Positions 39,644 through 50,849 are shown, numbered from the stretch's first letter. The stretch is DNA of 64,000 nt from Hyphomicrobiales bacterium (GCA_016792825.1 JAEUMI010000092.1:5473-69472), one strand, 5' to 3'. The notes: a model not told the origin generated them from the letters alone. Numbers and translations: made by a program.

Positions 39644-40354
39644 ATGATAATTTCTTGTCCTTCCTGCTCGACACACTACAATTTTCCGGATCAGCGCCTG
39701 ACGGGCGATGGCATGGCTATCAGTTGTGCTGCCTGCGGCCATAGCTGGATCGAGAGCCGGGCCATCGAAATCGTCGATATTTCACCGCGCAAGGTGCCGG
39801 CCGTCATCGAGCATGGCTTCGAGCCGGACAGTGAAGTGAAACGCCTGGTCGAAGCATCGCGGCGGGCCAAGGAAGCCTTTGCGGTGAAAAAACGCCAGCG
39901 GCTGGGCCGTCTGCGGGGCTGGGCCATACTTGGCGCATGCCTGCTTGCGCCGGTTGCTGCCGCCGCCGCTTTCCCCGAAGCCGTGGTGAGCCTCGCGCCG
40001 GTCACGGTGCGGGCCTATGACGCCGCGGGCTACAATGTCAATATCTACGGGCTTGAGATCCGTCGGGTTGAACAGCAGCATGCCCTTGTTGACGGTGTCC
40101 GTGTTTTGAGCATCAAAGGCGAGGTCAGCAATATCACCAACAGCACCCGGAAGATCCCGTGGCTGCGTTTTGGCCTGAACGACGGCGGCCATGGGGAAGT
40201 CTACACCTGGACTCTGGATACAGGGGCAAGGCCGCTTCGGGCGGGTGAATCCACCAGTTTCGTGACCCGCGTCGCTTCGCCGCCGGAAACTGCGAAAAAC
40301 CTGCAAATTCGCTTTGCACACAGGGATGAAATCGGCTCAAACCCTAGCCCATGA
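39644..40354 (+). CDS. MJ0042-type zinc finger + TM + DUF3426 protein (ZitP-like)
   Basis: CPSC-x19-CAACGHSW, central TM segment, beta-rich C-terminal domain; divergent from ftsE. Confidence 0.85.
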   Translation: MIISCPSCSTHYNFPDQRLTGDGMAISCAACGHSWIESRAIEIVDISPRKVPAVIEHGFEPDSEVKRLVEASRRAKEAFAVKKRQRLGRLRGWAILGACLLAPVAAAAAFPEAVVSLAPVTVRAYDAAGYNVNIYGLEIRRVEQQHALVDGVRVLSIKGEVSNITNSTRKIPWLRFGLNDGGHGEVYTWTLDTGARPLRAGESTSFVTRVASPPETAKNLQIRFAHRDEIGSNPSP

Positions 40355-40902
40355 GCGACATTACCATCGACGGCCACCGCATTTCGGTCCTGTTCTCGGA
40401 AGCCGACATTGCCAAACGCATCGAAGCGCTGGCCCGCGAAATCGCGGCGCGAAAGCCGAAGAACCTCTTGGTGGTTCCGGTTCTGAAAGGCAGCTTCATC
40501 TTCGCGGCGGACCTGATGCGGGCCATGCATCATGCAGGCCTTTCGCCGGAGGTGGATTTCATGATTCTGGCCAGCTACCGGGCGGCCCAGGTTTCCTCGG
40601 GCCAGGTTGAAGTCCTGCGCGACATCGAATCGCCGATCAGGGACCGGGATGTGATGCTGGTTGATGATATCCTCGAATCGGGCCGGACGCTGGCCTTTGC
40701 CAAGGATCTGCTGATGGCACGCGGCGCTTCAAGCGTGATGACGGCGGTGCTGCTCGACAAGCCCGGCCACCTCGCCGCCAATATCAAGGCGGATTTCTGC
40801 GGCTTCTCATGTCCCGACAAATTTGTCGTAGGTTATGGCATGGACATGGCGCACCAGTTCCGCGAGCTGCCCTTTGTCGGGCATGTGGTGCCGGCGGTTT
40901 AG
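40351..40902 (+). CDS. hpt: Hypoxanthine phosphoribosyltransferase
   Basis: VLKGSFIFAADL, VDDILESGRTL, FVVGYGMD. Confidence 0.96.
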   Translation: MSDITIDGHRISVLFSEADIAKRIEALAREIAARKPKNLLVVPVLKGSFIFAADLMRAMHHAGLSPEVDFMILASYRAAQVSSGQVEVLRDIESPIRDRDVMLVDDILESGRTLAFAKDLLMARGASSVMTAVLLDKPGHLAANIKADFCGFSCPDKFVVGYGMDMAHQFRELPFVGHVVPAV

Positions 40903-43412
40903 TAGAGCCCGCGCAGCAGACGGTCGATGTAGTCCTTGTCGATGCGCGGCAAGTCCGGGGTGTTGGCGCGCGAGCGCAGGTGTTCGAGAATTTCCCGGGC
41001 GCGGCGGATGGCAAGTTCCGAGGGCAGCATGTTTTCCTTCGGGCCGAAGTTATCGCCGCTATAGGGCATGGGCCGGCCGAGGGGATCATGGGTTTCGCCG
41101 CGGGCTTCGCCTTCCCGGCCGGTATTGTCCTGGCCGTTCTGACCCTGCTGCTGAATCTGGCGGGCCATGTCCTGGGCTCCGGCACGCAACTGGTTGAGGG
41201 CTTCGCCCTGGGCGCCCAGGGCCTGTTCACGTTCGCGCTGCTGGAGGGATTGTTCGGCTTCGCCCATCTGTTTTCCGGCCTCGCCGAATGAGGGCGGCGC
41301 CTGGAGGCCGTTCTGGCCCAACTGCTTCATGAACTGCTCGAGCATGCGGCCGATATTGCCCTGTTCGCCGGCAAGTCCCTCAGAGCCCATATTGCCGCTG
41401 CGGTTACCGGGATCATCGCCTTCCTGATCAAGAGGTCCGCTTTCGCCCCCCGGCATGCGCTGGGTCTGATCCATAAGGTCCTGCTGGCGGCGCATCAGTT
41501 CCGAGAGCTCGTTGAGCATCTCGGTCGTGGCCGAATCGCCTTGCTGTCCGCCTTGCTGGGCCATGCCGGGCTCCAAATTTTTCAGAATCTCATCAAGCTG
41601 GGCGAGCAATTCCTGGGCCGCCTCATTGGCTCCGTTCTGGCTCAGCTTTTCAATGGTATCGAGCATTTGCTGCAAGTCCTGCTCGGTGATCATCTTGCCG
41701 TTAGGGGTGCGGCGGTTCTTGTTCTGCTCGCCCTGGGCCATGCGCTTTTCGGCCTCGCGCTTCATGGATTGCATGTAGCGGTCCATGGCGCCGCGCAGGT
41801 TCTTCATCAATTCCTGCAACTGTTCGGGTGTTGCGCCTTCGGCCAGGGCGCGCTCCAGCGCCTTGCGGGCGGCTTCGAGTTCGGCGCGGGCATCGGAGAG
41901 ATCGCCTTCCTCGATGCTCAGGGCCGTCTGCCAGAGGAGATCGACAGCCTCTTTCACATCGGTGTGGCTGCGCACATTCCTGATGCGCGATACGATTGCC
42001 GCGATTGATATTTGCGTTCCGCTGTTTTCGATGAGGCCTGCGGGGTAGATCAGGAGAGCCTGCAGCAGCTTTTCCACACTTCCGGCTTCATCGGGTTCCA
42101 TGATCAAGGTCTTGCGCTGCTCGATCAGGGCTTGGGCCAGGGGTTTGGTGAAGAACCGCTCGGGAAGCTTGAATGACTTCACGTCGCTTTTGGTGGTCTG
42201 TTTTGCGGCGTCGCTGACTTCAAGGGTGAGGTCCACGAACAAACCGGCCCAGGGATGGGCGGTGAGATCGGCACTGCTTGAGCCCAGTTCTTCACGCGGC
42301 GCGGATTTGCGCAGGCTCACGGGAAACTTTGGCGGGTCGAACAGAAATACGCCGTTGCCGGCAAAGCCCACGCCATCCTCCTGGTTGTCAGACAAGTCGA
42401 TCTGCGAGGTGATCGCGGACACTCCGTAGTCATCGGCGGCTTTCCACTTCACTGTGAGTGAGCCAAGATTTTCGGATTTTGGTTCCTCGACGACGGAAAC
42501 GCTCGGTGGCTTATCGGGAATGAGCGAAACATGCCAGGCTGCCAGTACGGTGCCGCCGTCGAAAACCCTGATGAGGGCGGGCACATTGAGCTTGGCTTCG
42601 GCCTCAAACAGGCCATGGGTGGACTTGGTTGTTGCCGTCAGGCTTTTCAGTTCAGCCTCCGGATTTGACAAATCATAAAAGCCGAGCCGCGGATTCTTCG
42701 CGCCGTCGAGGCGGAGAACGAGGCCACTGTTTTCGGCCACAAGAATGTTGCGATCGGTTTTCAGCTTCTCAATCTGGGCCGGGCTGGTGAGGAGCAGCGG
42801 GGCTTTTCCAGTATAGGCCGGCGGCTTCAGCCAGGCATCGAGGCTTACGGGCTTCTGGGCCGCAGCCGGGCCCACCTGAAAGCTGTCTTTGAGATTTGAG
42901 ATGCCGTCGCCCTGGGCGAGGAAAATAACTGCGAACAAGGCGAGGCTTGCGGGCACCCGCAACGAGCGGGGATCAAGATCGCGCCAGTTTGATTGCGGGG
43001 CTCCAACCTTCAAGCCGGAGAGCTTGGCCAATTGGCGGCGCTTGTGTTCTTCCCACAGGGCGCGACTTCTTTCGTCGAGGCTGTCCCCGGCAAGCGTATC
43101 ATTGCTGGTGGACAACGGGCGGTTGAAAAGACTGGAATGGGCCTCGATCCGGCGCATGGCGGCATAGGGGGTGGGCCAGGTGATTCTCAGTACATGCCGC
43201 AGCGACCAGACAATTGCTACGGCCAGAAGCCCCAGGAGGCCAAAGCGCAGCAGATCAGGGAGTTGGGTGAGCAAGCCGGAAAGTGCCGTTGCGGCCAATA
43301 CAAGCGTCAGGATGAGGGGCCAGCACAGGGCATTCCACAGGCTTTCCCAGAACAGGGCCAAGCGCGCTGCCGCAATTTTACGCTCAATGCGAGCCTGTGT
43401 GAGTTCAGCCAT
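40899..43412 (-). CDS. TIGR02302 / DUF4175 family membrane protein
   Basis: LDAWLKPPAYTG, DDYG, coiled-coil Q-rich C-terminus, DPLGRP, DYIDRLL; next to lysA. Confidence 0.88.
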   Translation of the reverse strand: MAELTQARIERKIAAARLALFWESLWNALCWPLILTLVLAATALSGLLTQLPDLLRFGLLGLLAVAIVWSLRHVLRITWPTPYAAMRRIEAHSSLFNRPLSTSNDTLAGDSLDERSRALWEEHKRRQLAKLSGLKVGAPQSNWRDLDPRSLRVPASLALFAVIFLAQGDGISNLKDSFQVGPAAAQKPVSLDAWLKPPAYTGKAPLLLTSPAQIEKLKTDRNILVAENSGLVLRLDGAKNPRLGFYDLSNPEAELKSLTATTKSTHGLFEAEAKLNVPALIRVFDGGTVLAAWHVSLIPDKPPSVSVVEEPKSENLGSLTVKWKAADDYGVSAITSQIDLSDNQEDGVGFAGNGVFLFDPPKFPVSLRKSAPREELGSSSADLTAHPWAGLFVDLTLEVSDAAKQTTKSDVKSFKLPERFFTKPLAQALIEQRKTLIMEPDEAGSVEKLLQALLIYPAGLIENSGTQISIAAIVSRIRNVRSHTDVKEAVDLLWQTALSIEEGDLSDARAELEAARKALERALAEGATPEQLQELMKNLRGAMDRYMQSMKREAEKRMAQGEQNKNRRTPNGKMITEQDLQQMLDTIEKLSQNGANEAAQELLAQLDEILKNLEPGMAQQGGQQGDSATTEMLNELSELMRRQQDLMDQTQRMPGGESGPLDQEGDDPGNRSGNMGSEGLAGEQGNIGRMLEQFMKQLGQNGLQAPPSFGEAGKQMGEAEQSLQQREREQALGAQGEALNQLRAGAQDMARQIQQQGQNGQDNTGREGEARGETHDPLGRPMPYSGDNFGPKENMLPSELAIRRAREILEHLRSRANTPDLPRIDKDYIDRLLRGLY

Positions 43413-43485
43413 GCCGGGAAGATACTAGCACACCTCGGCGGAAATATGCCCAAGGGAACTTATCACATTTTAATGAATGGAAGCG

Positions 43486-44760
43486 TCAGCTCTTCGCCTG
43501 CCACAGGGCAAGGCGGTCCAGCCCGAGGAGATCCTCATAGGTCTGGCGGGGCCTGACCAGCGACCAGGTGCTGCCCTTTACCAGGACCTCGGCCACGAGC
43601 GGCCGGGTGTTGTAGGTGCCGGACTGCACGGCGCCATAGGCGCCGGCCGTCATGGTGGCGAGCAGATCGCCCGGATCGGGCTTGGGCAGGCGCCGTGCCT
43701 TGGCAATGTAATCTCCGGTTTCGCAGACCGGACCCACGACATCGGCGGTGATCTCCGAAGCCTTGTCGGCGGGCTTCTTCACCGGAATGATCTCGTGATA
43801 GGCGTCATAGAGGGTGGGCCGGATGAGATCATTCATCGCCGCATCCTGGATGACAAAATAGTTGCCATCGTTTTCCTTCACATAGATCACCCGCGACACC
43901 AGGATGCCGGCATTTCCGGCAATCATGCGGCCAGGTTCGAGGACATATTTCAGGCCGAGGTGGCCGAGCGTCCGCTTCACCATAGCGGCATATTCATCGG
44001 GGTGGGGCGGCACGTCATTGGTGCCTCGGTAGGGGACGCCTAGGCCTCCGCCCAGATCGAGATGGCGAATGTTGTGGCCTTCGGATTTCAGCCGCGTTGC
44101 GAGTTCGGCCATCAGCCTGAAAGCCTGTTCGAAGGGTTCGATGTCGGTGATCTGGCTGCCGATGTGCATGTCGATGCCGGCGACATCAAGTCCGGGAAGG
44201 GCGGCGGCGCGGGCATAGACCTGTGAGGCGCGGGTGAAGGAAATGCCGAACTTATTGTCGGCCTTGCCGGTGGTTATCTTGGCATGGGTTTTGGCATCGA
44301 CATCGGGATTGACGCGGATGGAAATGGTGGCGCGCTGGCCGGTGCGCTGGGCCACTTGGGAAAGCAGTTCCAGTTCCGGCTCTGATTCCACATTGAAGCA
44401 GGAGACGCCCTCCTTCAGGCCGAGGGCCATTTCGCGGGCGGTTTTTCCAACGCCGGAAAAGACGATCTTGCGGCCGGGAACGCCGGCGGCAAGGGCGCGG
44501 CGAAGCTCGCCTTCGGAGACCACATCCATGCCTGCGCCGAGATCGGCCATGGTCCGGATCACAGCCTGGTTGGAATTGGCCTTCATGGCGTAACAGATGA
44601 AATGGTCGGTGCCATTGAAGGCTTCCGCCATCACCCTGTAGTGGCGCTCCAGGGTGGCGGAGGAATAGCAGTAGAAGGGCGTGCCAATTTCATCGGCAAT
44701 GATGTTGAGATCAACATCCTCCGCATGGAGCACGCCATCACGATAGGCAAAATGATGCAT
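43486..44760 (-). CDS. lysA: Diaminopimelate decarboxylase
   Basis: YAMKANSN, HIGSQI, DLGGGLG, EPGR, GPVCETGD. Confidence 0.97.
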   Translation of the reverse strand: MHHFAYRDGVLHAEDVDLNIIADEIGTPFYCYSSATLERHYRVMAEAFNGTDHFICYAMKANSNQAVIRTMADLGAGMDVVSEGELRRALAAGVPGRKIVFSGVGKTAREMALGLKEGVSCFNVESEPELELLSQVAQRTGQRATISIRVNPDVDAKTHAKITTGKADNKFGISFTRASQVYARAAALPGLDVAGIDMHIGSQITDIEPFEQAFRLMAELATRLKSEGHNIRHLDLGGGLGVPYRGTNDVPPHPDEYAAMVKRTLGHLGLKYVLEPGRMIAGNAGILVSRVIYVKENDGNYFVIQDAAMNDLIRPTLYDAYHEIIPVKKPADKASEITADVVGPVCETGDYIAKARRLPKPDPGDLLATMTAGAYGAVQSGTYNTRPLVAEVLVKGSTWSLVRPRQTYEDLLGLDRLALWQAKS

Positions 44761-44763
44761 GGA

Positions 44764-44871
44764 TTACTGGGCCTGCTGCAATTGTGGCGCTTCCGGATCG
44801 CCGCGCCGCCCGCAAGCGTTCAGCGTGGTGGTGATGCCCACCAGGAGCAGCAGCGTAATGATGAGTTTCAT
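44764..44871 (-). CDS. 35-aa lipoprotein (LptM/YifL/LppL-like), absent from the ORF track
   Basis: Translated by hand: MKLIITLLLLVGITTTLNACGRRGDPEAPQLQQAQ; lipobox LNAC followed by GRRG.P; lies between argH and lysA. Confidence 0.85.
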   Translation of the reverse strand: MKLIITLLLLVGITTTLNACGRRGDPEAPQLQQAQ

Positions 44872-44881
44872 GTGATTCCCC

Positions 44882-46261
44882 CTATTTCAACAGTTTCAGC
44901 CAGCGCCTGGCTTCGCGCGCCACATTTGCAGGTGCAGTTCCGCCAAAACTCGTGCGCGAGGCAACGGAAGCTTCGACGGTAAGCACCTTGTAGACATCCC
45001 TTGTAATGCGCTTTTCGATTTCTTGCATGTCTCCCAGTTTCAGCCCGGGCAGGTCGCAGCCGTTCTTTTCCGCCAGTGCCACAAGCGACCCCGCCACATG
45101 GTGGGCGTCGCGGAACGGCATCTTCAGTGTACGGACGAGCCAGTCGGCAAGATCGGTGGCGGTTGAATATCCGCTTGCCGCGGCAATTCGCATGACCTCC
45201 GCATTGGGCACGAGATCGCGCACCATGCCGGCCATCGCCGCAATTGCAAGCGACAGGCTGTCGATTGCGTCAAAGGCCGGCTCCTTGTCTTCCTGCATGT
45301 CCTTGGAATAGGTGAGGGGAAGCCCCTTCATGACGACAAGCAGGGATGTGAGCGCGCCGAGGATCCGCCCGGGCTTGGCGCGCACCAGCTCGGCCGCATC
45401 GGCATTGCGCTTTTGCGGCATGATGGAGGAGCCGGTGGTGAACTTGTCCGACAGCTTCACGAAACGGAATTGCGTGGTGGACCAAATGACAATCTCTTCC
45501 GCCAGCCGCGAGAGATGGGTGGCGCAAATGGCAGCGGCGGAGAGAAGCTCCAGAACAAAATCACGGTCGGCCACCGCATCCAGCGAATTGCGCATGGGCC
45601 GGTCAAAGCCCATAGCCTTGGCCGTCATGGCGCGGTCAATTGGAAATGATGTGCCGGCAAGTGCCGCGGCACCCAGAGGACTTTCATTCATCCGCCGTCT
45701 TGCATCGGCAAGACGGGAGCGGTCGCGCGCCAGCATTTCCACATAGGCGAGGCAGTGGTGGCCGAAAGTGATGGGCTGGGCCACCTGCAGATGGGTAAAG
45801 CCGGGCATGATGGTCTTGGCATGGGCCTCGGCTTTTTCGGAGAGCGCCAATTGCAGGTCCTTCAACTGGCCATCGAGATGGTCAACGGTGTCACGGATAT
45901 AAAGGCGGAAATCCGTGGCGATCTGGTCATTGCGCGAACGTGCCGTATGAAGCCTTCCGGCGGGTTCGCCGATGATGTCTTTCAGGCGCTGTTCAACATT
46001 CATGTGGATGTCTTCGAGCGCTGTCGAAAAGGTGAACGTTCCAGCTTCGATCTCGGCTTGTACCTGGTCGAGGCCACGGGTAATTTCTTTCGCATCGGAC
46101 TTGGAAATGATGCCCTGGTGGGCCAGCATTGCGCCATGGGCCTTCGAACCTGCAATGTCCTGGGCATAGAGGCGCTTGTCAAAGCCGATGGAAGCATTGA
46201 TCTCTTGCATGATGGCGCCGGGCCCGGATTTGAACCTGCCGCCCCACATTTTATTGGTCAT
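44882..46261 (-). CDS. argH: Argininosuccinate lyase
   Basis: [25 protein letters not shown]. Confidence 0.98.
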   Translation of the reverse strand: MTNKMWGGRFKSGPGAIMQEINASIGFDKRLYAQDIAGSKAHGAMLAHQGIISKSDAKEITRGLDQVQAEIEAGTFTFSTALEDIHMNVEQRLKDIIGEPAGRLHTARSRNDQIATDFRLYIRDTVDHLDGQLKDLQLALSEKAEAHAKTIMPGFTHLQVAQPITFGHHCLAYVEMLARDRSRLADARRRMNESPLGAAALAGTSFPIDRAMTAKAMGFDRPMRNSLDAVADRDFVLELLSAAAICATHLSRLAEEIVIWSTTQFRFVKLSDKFTTGSSIMPQKRNADAAELVRAKPGRILGALTSLLVVMKGLPLTYSKDMQEDKEPAFDAIDSLSLAIAAMAGMVRDLVPNAEVMRIAAASGYSTATDLADWLVRTLKMPFRDAHHVAGSLVALAEKNGCDLPGLKLGDMQEIEKRITRDVYKVLTVEASVASRTSFGGTAPANVAREARRWLKLLK

Positions 46262-46298
46262 TGGAAATCCCTAATGCAAACGAGTATGCCTTTTAGCC

Positions 46299-46913
46299 AT
46301 GAATGAGCCAAAGCGAAACCGGAATTCCCTGATCTACCTCGTCCTGCTTGCCCTTATTGCGGGGGGCGCCGGCATTTACCTGTCCGGCGATGCGCCGCGC
46401 GAGGTGCCGGAAGTCAACGGCAGCAGCGGTTTCAAGGCTTTTGCCGCCGGGTCAATGGCGGCCTTCCTGGTCAAGGCGGACAGGCCAGTCGTCCCAGACC
46501 TTGCATTCAAGGATTCAACGGGAAGCGAGATAAAGCTTAACAGATGGCGGGGCCGGGTGGTTTTGCTCAATTTGTGGGCCACATGGTGCGCGCCGTGCCG
46601 GAAGGAAATGCCCGCCCTGAACGCGGTGCAGCAGCAGTTGGGGTCGAAGGATTTTGAGGTTGTGGCGTTGAGCGTTGACCGCAAGGGGCTGGAAGCCTCG
46701 GCGGCGTTCTTGAAGGAAACGGGAGCAGACTCACTGGGCCTCTATAGCGACGAGACGACCGCTTCCCTCACGATGCTGCAGGCCCTGGGTCTGCCGGTGA
46801 CCCTGCTGATTGACCGCAAGGGCCGCGAAATCGGGCGCCTGCTGGGACCGGCGGAATGGAACGGCGCAGAAGCCGTTGCGATGATCAGGGCCGCCATAGC
46901 CGAACAGGATTAG
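46299..46913 (+). CDS. tlpA: TlpA-family thiol:disulfide oxidoreductase
   Basis: N-terminal TM, NLWATWCAPCRKEMP, GLPVT; divergent from argH. Confidence 0.9.
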   Translation: MNEPKRNRNSLIYLVLLALIAGGAGIYLSGDAPREVPEVNGSSGFKAFAAGSMAAFLVKADRPVVPDLAFKDSTGSEIKLNRWRGRVVLLNLWATWCAPCRKEMPALNAVQQQLGSKDFEVVALSVDRKGLEASAAFLKETGADSLGLYSDETTASLTMLQALGLPVTLLIDRKGREIGRLLGPAEWNGAEAVAMIRAAIAEQD

Positions 46914-47785
46914 CGGGTGGGGACAGGTTTTTCGCCACGATAGTCATAGAAGCCGCGGTTCGACTTGCGCCCCAGCCAGCCGGCTTCGACATATTTCACC
47001 AGCAGCGGGCACGGCCGGTATTTTGAATCGGCCAAGCCTTCATAAAGCACCTGCATCACCGAAAGGCAGGTATCCAGTCCGATGAAGTCAGCCAGTTCGA
47101 GGGGCCCCATGGGATGCCGGGCGCCGAGCTTCATGGCCGTGTCGATGGCTTCGACGCCGCCCACGCCCTCATAAAGCGTATAGATCGCCTCGTTGATCAT
47201 GGGGAGCAGGATGCGGTTCACGATGAAAGCGGGAAAATCCTCGGCCACCGCAATGGTCTTGTGGAGGGCGAGGGTAAATTCCTTCACGGCGGCAAAGGTT
47301 GCCTCTTCCGTGGCAATGCCGCGGATGAGTTCCACCAGTTCCATGACGGGCACGGGATTCATGAAGTGGATGCCCATGAATTTCTCAGGGCGGCCTGTCA
47401 CTGCCGCAAGCCTGGTAATGGAAATCGACGAGGTGTTGGAGGCGACAATCGTGTGCGGCTTCAAATGCGGGCACAGGGCCTGGAAAATCTTGCGCTTGAC
47501 CTGCTCATCCTCGACGGCGGATTCGATGACGAGGTCGTAGTCGGCAAAGCCTTCGTAAGCTGCAACAGGGGCAATGCGCTTGAGAGCGGCATTGCGGTCA
47601 GCTTCGGTGATCTTGCCTGATTTCAGCTGCCGACCGAGGTTTCCGCTGATGGTGGCTATGCCCGCATCAATGCGCTCCTTGCTGACATCATTGACGCCGA
47701 CGTCAAATCCGGCGAGGGCACAGACATGCGCAATGCCACTGCCCATTTGCCCAGCACCAATGATGCCGACTGTCTTGATCTTCAT
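46910..47785 (-). CDS. hbd: 3-hydroxybutyryl-CoA dehydrogenase
   Basis: GAGQMGSG, SNTSSIS, HFMNPVP, FIVNRIL, HPMGP. Confidence 0.95.
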   Translation of the reverse strand: MKIKTVGIIGAGQMGSGIAHVCALAGFDVGVNDVSKERIDAGIATISGNLGRQLKSGKITEADRNAALKRIAPVAAYEGFADYDLVIESAVEDEQVKRKIFQALCPHLKPHTIVASNTSSISITRLAAVTGRPEKFMGIHFMNPVPVMELVELIRGIATEEATFAAVKEFTLALHKTIAVAEDFPAFIVNRILLPMINEAIYTLYEGVGGVEAIDTAMKLGARHPMGPLELADFIGLDTCLSVMQVLYEGLADSKYRPCPLLVKYVEAGWLGRKSNRGFYDYRGEKPVPTR

Positions 47786-47950
47786 GTCCGTTCGTAACTC
47801 GCTTGATTTCAGCGTTTAAGCCTATAACGCGCACAGGTTTAGAGCAAGTCTATTTCGCAGGTGCAGCATAATCGCACAGGGCCATGCTTAACTGGCGCTG
47901 GACAGGTTTGGAGCCGGCTGCTTTCGTTTTGCTTTGTGAAAGTTTGCTTG

Positions 47951-49123
47951 ATGACGCCGATACCCGGTGAGGCCCCGCAACGCTTGGCGCTTTGGTCCCT
48001 GCTGTTTGGCAATTTTGTCATCGGTACGGGGGTATTGCTCCCGGCCGGGCTGTTGAATGTGCTGGGAGCCGATCTCCATGTGCCGCCGGCCACGGCGGGG
48101 CTGCTGCTGTTTGCCGGCGGTCTGGTGGTGGGCGTGGGCGCTCCAGTTCTGGCGGGGCTGACGAGCCGGTTTGACCGGCGCGTGTTGCTCGCGGTGTCGG
48201 CGGCGATTTTCGCGGTGGGCCATGGTCTGGCAGCCCTTGCGCCAGAATTCTGGTCCCTGCTTGTCATCCGCACGGTGACCATGGTTGCGGCGGCGCTGTT
48301 CACACCGCAAGCTGCGGCGACGATTGGCTTGCTGGTGCCGCCTCAACGGCGATCGGAAGCCATTGCCTTCATTTTTATCGGCTGGTCGCTGGCCTCGGTT
48401 GTAGGCATTCCGCTGGGCAGCATTTTGGGCACCGCCTTTGGCTGGCGCGCCACGTTCCTGGTCATGGCCGTTCTCGCGGCCGTGTCTTGCGTCGGCGTCA
48501 TGCTGTCGCTCAAGCCGGGCTTGCGGGTTCAGCCCCTGCAATTTTCATCGTGGGTTGCGGTATTCAAGAATCCCGCGCTCTTGTGCATCCTGCTGGTGAC
48601 GCTTCTCAGCATGTCCGGGCAGTTCACAGTGGTGAGCTATCTCGCCCCGATTTTGCGCGAAGCATTTGCCGCCACGCCAAACAACATTGCCTTGATGTTC
48701 GGGATATTCGGGGTTGCCGGGGTTTTGGGAAATTATCTTGCAACAAAGGCCATCAGGCGGTTTGGCGTCGACCGGGCCATTCTTGTCGCGCTGTGTTTCC
48801 TGATTGCGGGGCTCGGCATGTTCGGGCTGTTCTTTGGCAATTATATCATGGGCTGCATCGCCTGTTTCACTTGGGGCCTGGGAACATTTTCATCCAATTC
48901 ACTGCAACAAAGCAGGCTGGTAGTCATCGCGCCGCCGCTTGCCGCAGCAACCGTGGCGCTCAATACCTCCGCCGTCTATCTTGGGCAGTCGGTAGGGGCC
49001 GCCACCGGCGGGTTTGCGATTAAGGACGGCATCTCTGCAAGTGTCGCCTGGATGGCTCTCGGTTTTCTTGCCGTGGCCATCGCCCTGTCCATGACCGCGA
49101 CGCGGCTTGCGGCGCGCAGGTAG
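47951..49123 (+). CDS. MFS transporter (DHA1/AraJ-like)
   Basis: LTSRFDRR motif A, GIPLGS, about 12 TM segments; start moved to MTPIPG. Confidence 0.88.
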   Translation: MTPIPGEAPQRLALWSLLFGNFVIGTGVLLPAGLLNVLGADLHVPPATAGLLLFAGGLVVGVGAPVLAGLTSRFDRRVLLAVSAAIFAVGHGLAALAPEFWSLLVIRTVTMVAAALFTPQAAATIGLLVPPQRRSEAIAFIFIGWSLASVVGIPLGSILGTAFGWRATFLVMAVLAAVSCVGVMLSLKPGLRVQPLQFSSWVAVFKNPALLCILLVTLLSMSGQFTVVSYLAPILREAFAATPNNIALMFGIFGVAGVLGNYLATKAIRRFGVDRAILVALCFLIAGLGMFGLFFGNYIMGCIACFTWGLGTFSSNSLQQSRLVVIAPPLAAATVALNTSAVYLGQSVGAATGGFAIKDGISASVAWMALGFLAVAIALSMTATRLAARR

Positions 49124-49131
49124 AGAGCCTG

Positions 49132-50073
49132 CTACTTCAGGATTTTGGCCAATTCGGCATCAAGTTCCGGCACGGCCTGAAAAAGATCGGCGACAAGGCC
49201 AAAATCCGCCACCTGGAAGATGGGAGCTTCATCGTCCTTGTTGATGGCGACAATGATCTTGGAATCCTTCATGCCGGCCAAATGCTGAATGGCCCCTGAA
49301 ATGCCAACGGCGATATAGAGATCAGGTGCTACGACCTTGCCGGTCTGGCCCACCTGATAATCATTGGGAACATAGCCCGCATCGACGGCGGCGCGCGAAG
49401 CGCCAACCGCGGCGCCAAGCTTCCTGGCCACGGTTTCCAGCATCTTGAAGTTCTCGCCGTTCTGCATGCCACGGCCACCGGAGACGATGACCTTGGCGGA
49501 GGTGAGTTCGGGGCGATCGGACTTTGTGAGATTTTCACTCTGATAGGTCGACAGGCCGGGATCGGCGGCGGCGGTTACTTTTTCGACCACGGCTGAACCG
49601 GTTTCTCCGGTTGCGGCAAAGCTTGCGGTGCGCACGGTGATGACTTTCTTGGCATCAGTGGATTGCACGGTCTGGACTGCGTTGCCGGCGTAGATCAAGC
49701 GCACAAAGGTGTCGGCGGATTTCACTTCGGAAATATCGGAGATTTGCATCACATCGAGAAGTGCGGCGAGGCGCGGCATGAAATTCTTGCCATTGGTCGT
49801 GGCGGCGGCCACGAGGTGATCGTAGCTTCCGGCGAGTGACACAATCGTGGCGGCCATGGGCTCGGCAAGGGGGCGCTCCAGCGAAGGGCTTTCGGCGTGA
49901 AGGACTTTTTTCACGCCCGTCAACTTCGCAGCTTGAGCGGCGGCGGCGGCGGCATTGTTGCCAGCCACCAGCACATGCACGTCGCCGCCCATCTGGGCTG
50001 CGGCGGTGAGCGCCTTGTGGGTTGCATCCTTGAGGGACTTGTTGTCGTGTTCGGCAATGAGAAGCACGGCCAT
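49132..50073 (-). CDS. etfA: Electron transfer flavoprotein alpha subunit
   Basis: [33 protein letters not shown]. Confidence 0.98.
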   Translation of the reverse strand: MAVLLIAEHDNKSLKDATHKALTAAAQMGGDVHVLVAGNNAAAAAAQAAKLTGVKKVLHAESPSLERPLAEPMAATIVSLAGSYDHLVAAATTNGKNFMPRLAALLDVMQISDISEVKSADTFVRLIYAGNAVQTVQSTDAKKVITVRTASFAATGETGSAVVEKVTAAADPGLSTYQSENLTKSDRPELTSAKVIVSGGRGMQNGENFKMLETVARKLGAAVGASRAAVDAGYVPNDYQVGQTGKVVAPDLYIAVGISGAIQHLAGMKDSKIIVAINKDDEAPIFQVADFGLVADLFQAVPELDAELAKILK

Positions 50074-50075
50074 GA

Positions 50076-50828
50076 TCAGATTGCTCCTGCTTCTTTGAGT
50101 TTGGATACCAGTTCGGTAACCGATTTGACCTTGACACCGGCGAGGCGTTTTGGCGGCTCATCGGTTTTCAATACCTTGAGCCGCGGCTTCACATCGGCGC
50201 CATAGTCAGCCGGGGTTTTTTCATCCAGCGGCTTTTTCTTGGCCTTCATGATGTTGGGCAGCGAGGCATAGCGCGGCTGGTTGAGGCGCAAATCTGTCGT
50301 CACGATCAGCGGCATCTTCACCTTGAGAGTTTGCAGGCCGCCATCGATTTCGCGGGTGATGGTGGCTTCGCCGGGACCGGGCTCGAGCTTGGAGCAGGCG
50401 GTGGCCTGGGCCCAGCCGAGGAGGGCGGACAACATTTGGCCGGTCTGGTTGCAGTCATCGTCAATGGCCTGCTTGCCGAGAATGACGATATCGGGTTTTT
50501 CGGCTTCGACGACGCCCTTCAAAATCTTGGCCACGCCCAGTGGCTCAACATACTCATCGTTCTTCACCAGAATGGCGCGGTCAGCCCCCATGGCGAGCGC
50601 GGTGCGCAGCGTTTCCTGCGCCTGGGCGGGGCCGATGGTGACGGCCACGACTTCCGTTGCCTTGCCCGCTTCCTTGAGGCGCACGGCCTCTTCAACGCCG
50701 ATCTCATCGAAAGGGTTCATGGACATCTTCACGTTGGCCAGTTCAACGCCGGAGCCATCGGCGCGGACGCGGATTTTCACGTTGTAATCGACAACCCGCT
50801 TGACAGCGACCAGAACCTTCATCGGCAA
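50076..50828 (-). CDS. etfB: Electron transfer flavoprotein beta subunit
   Basis: [38 protein letters not shown]; start may be 50822. Confidence 0.98.
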   Translation of the reverse strand: MPMKVLVAVKRVVDYNVKIRVRADGSGVELANVKMSMNPFDEIGVEEAVRLKEAGKATEVVAVTIGPAQAQETLRTALAMGADRAILVKNDEYVEPLGVAKILKGVVEAEKPDIVILGKQAIDDDCNQTGQMLSALLGWAQATACSKLEPGPGEATITREIDGGLQTLKVKMPLIVTTDLRLNQPRYASLPNIMKAKKKPLDEKTPADYGADVKPRLKVLKTDEPPKRLAGVKVKSVTELVSKLKEAGAI

Positions 50829-50849
50829 CCCCTTGAGAATTTGCGGCGG

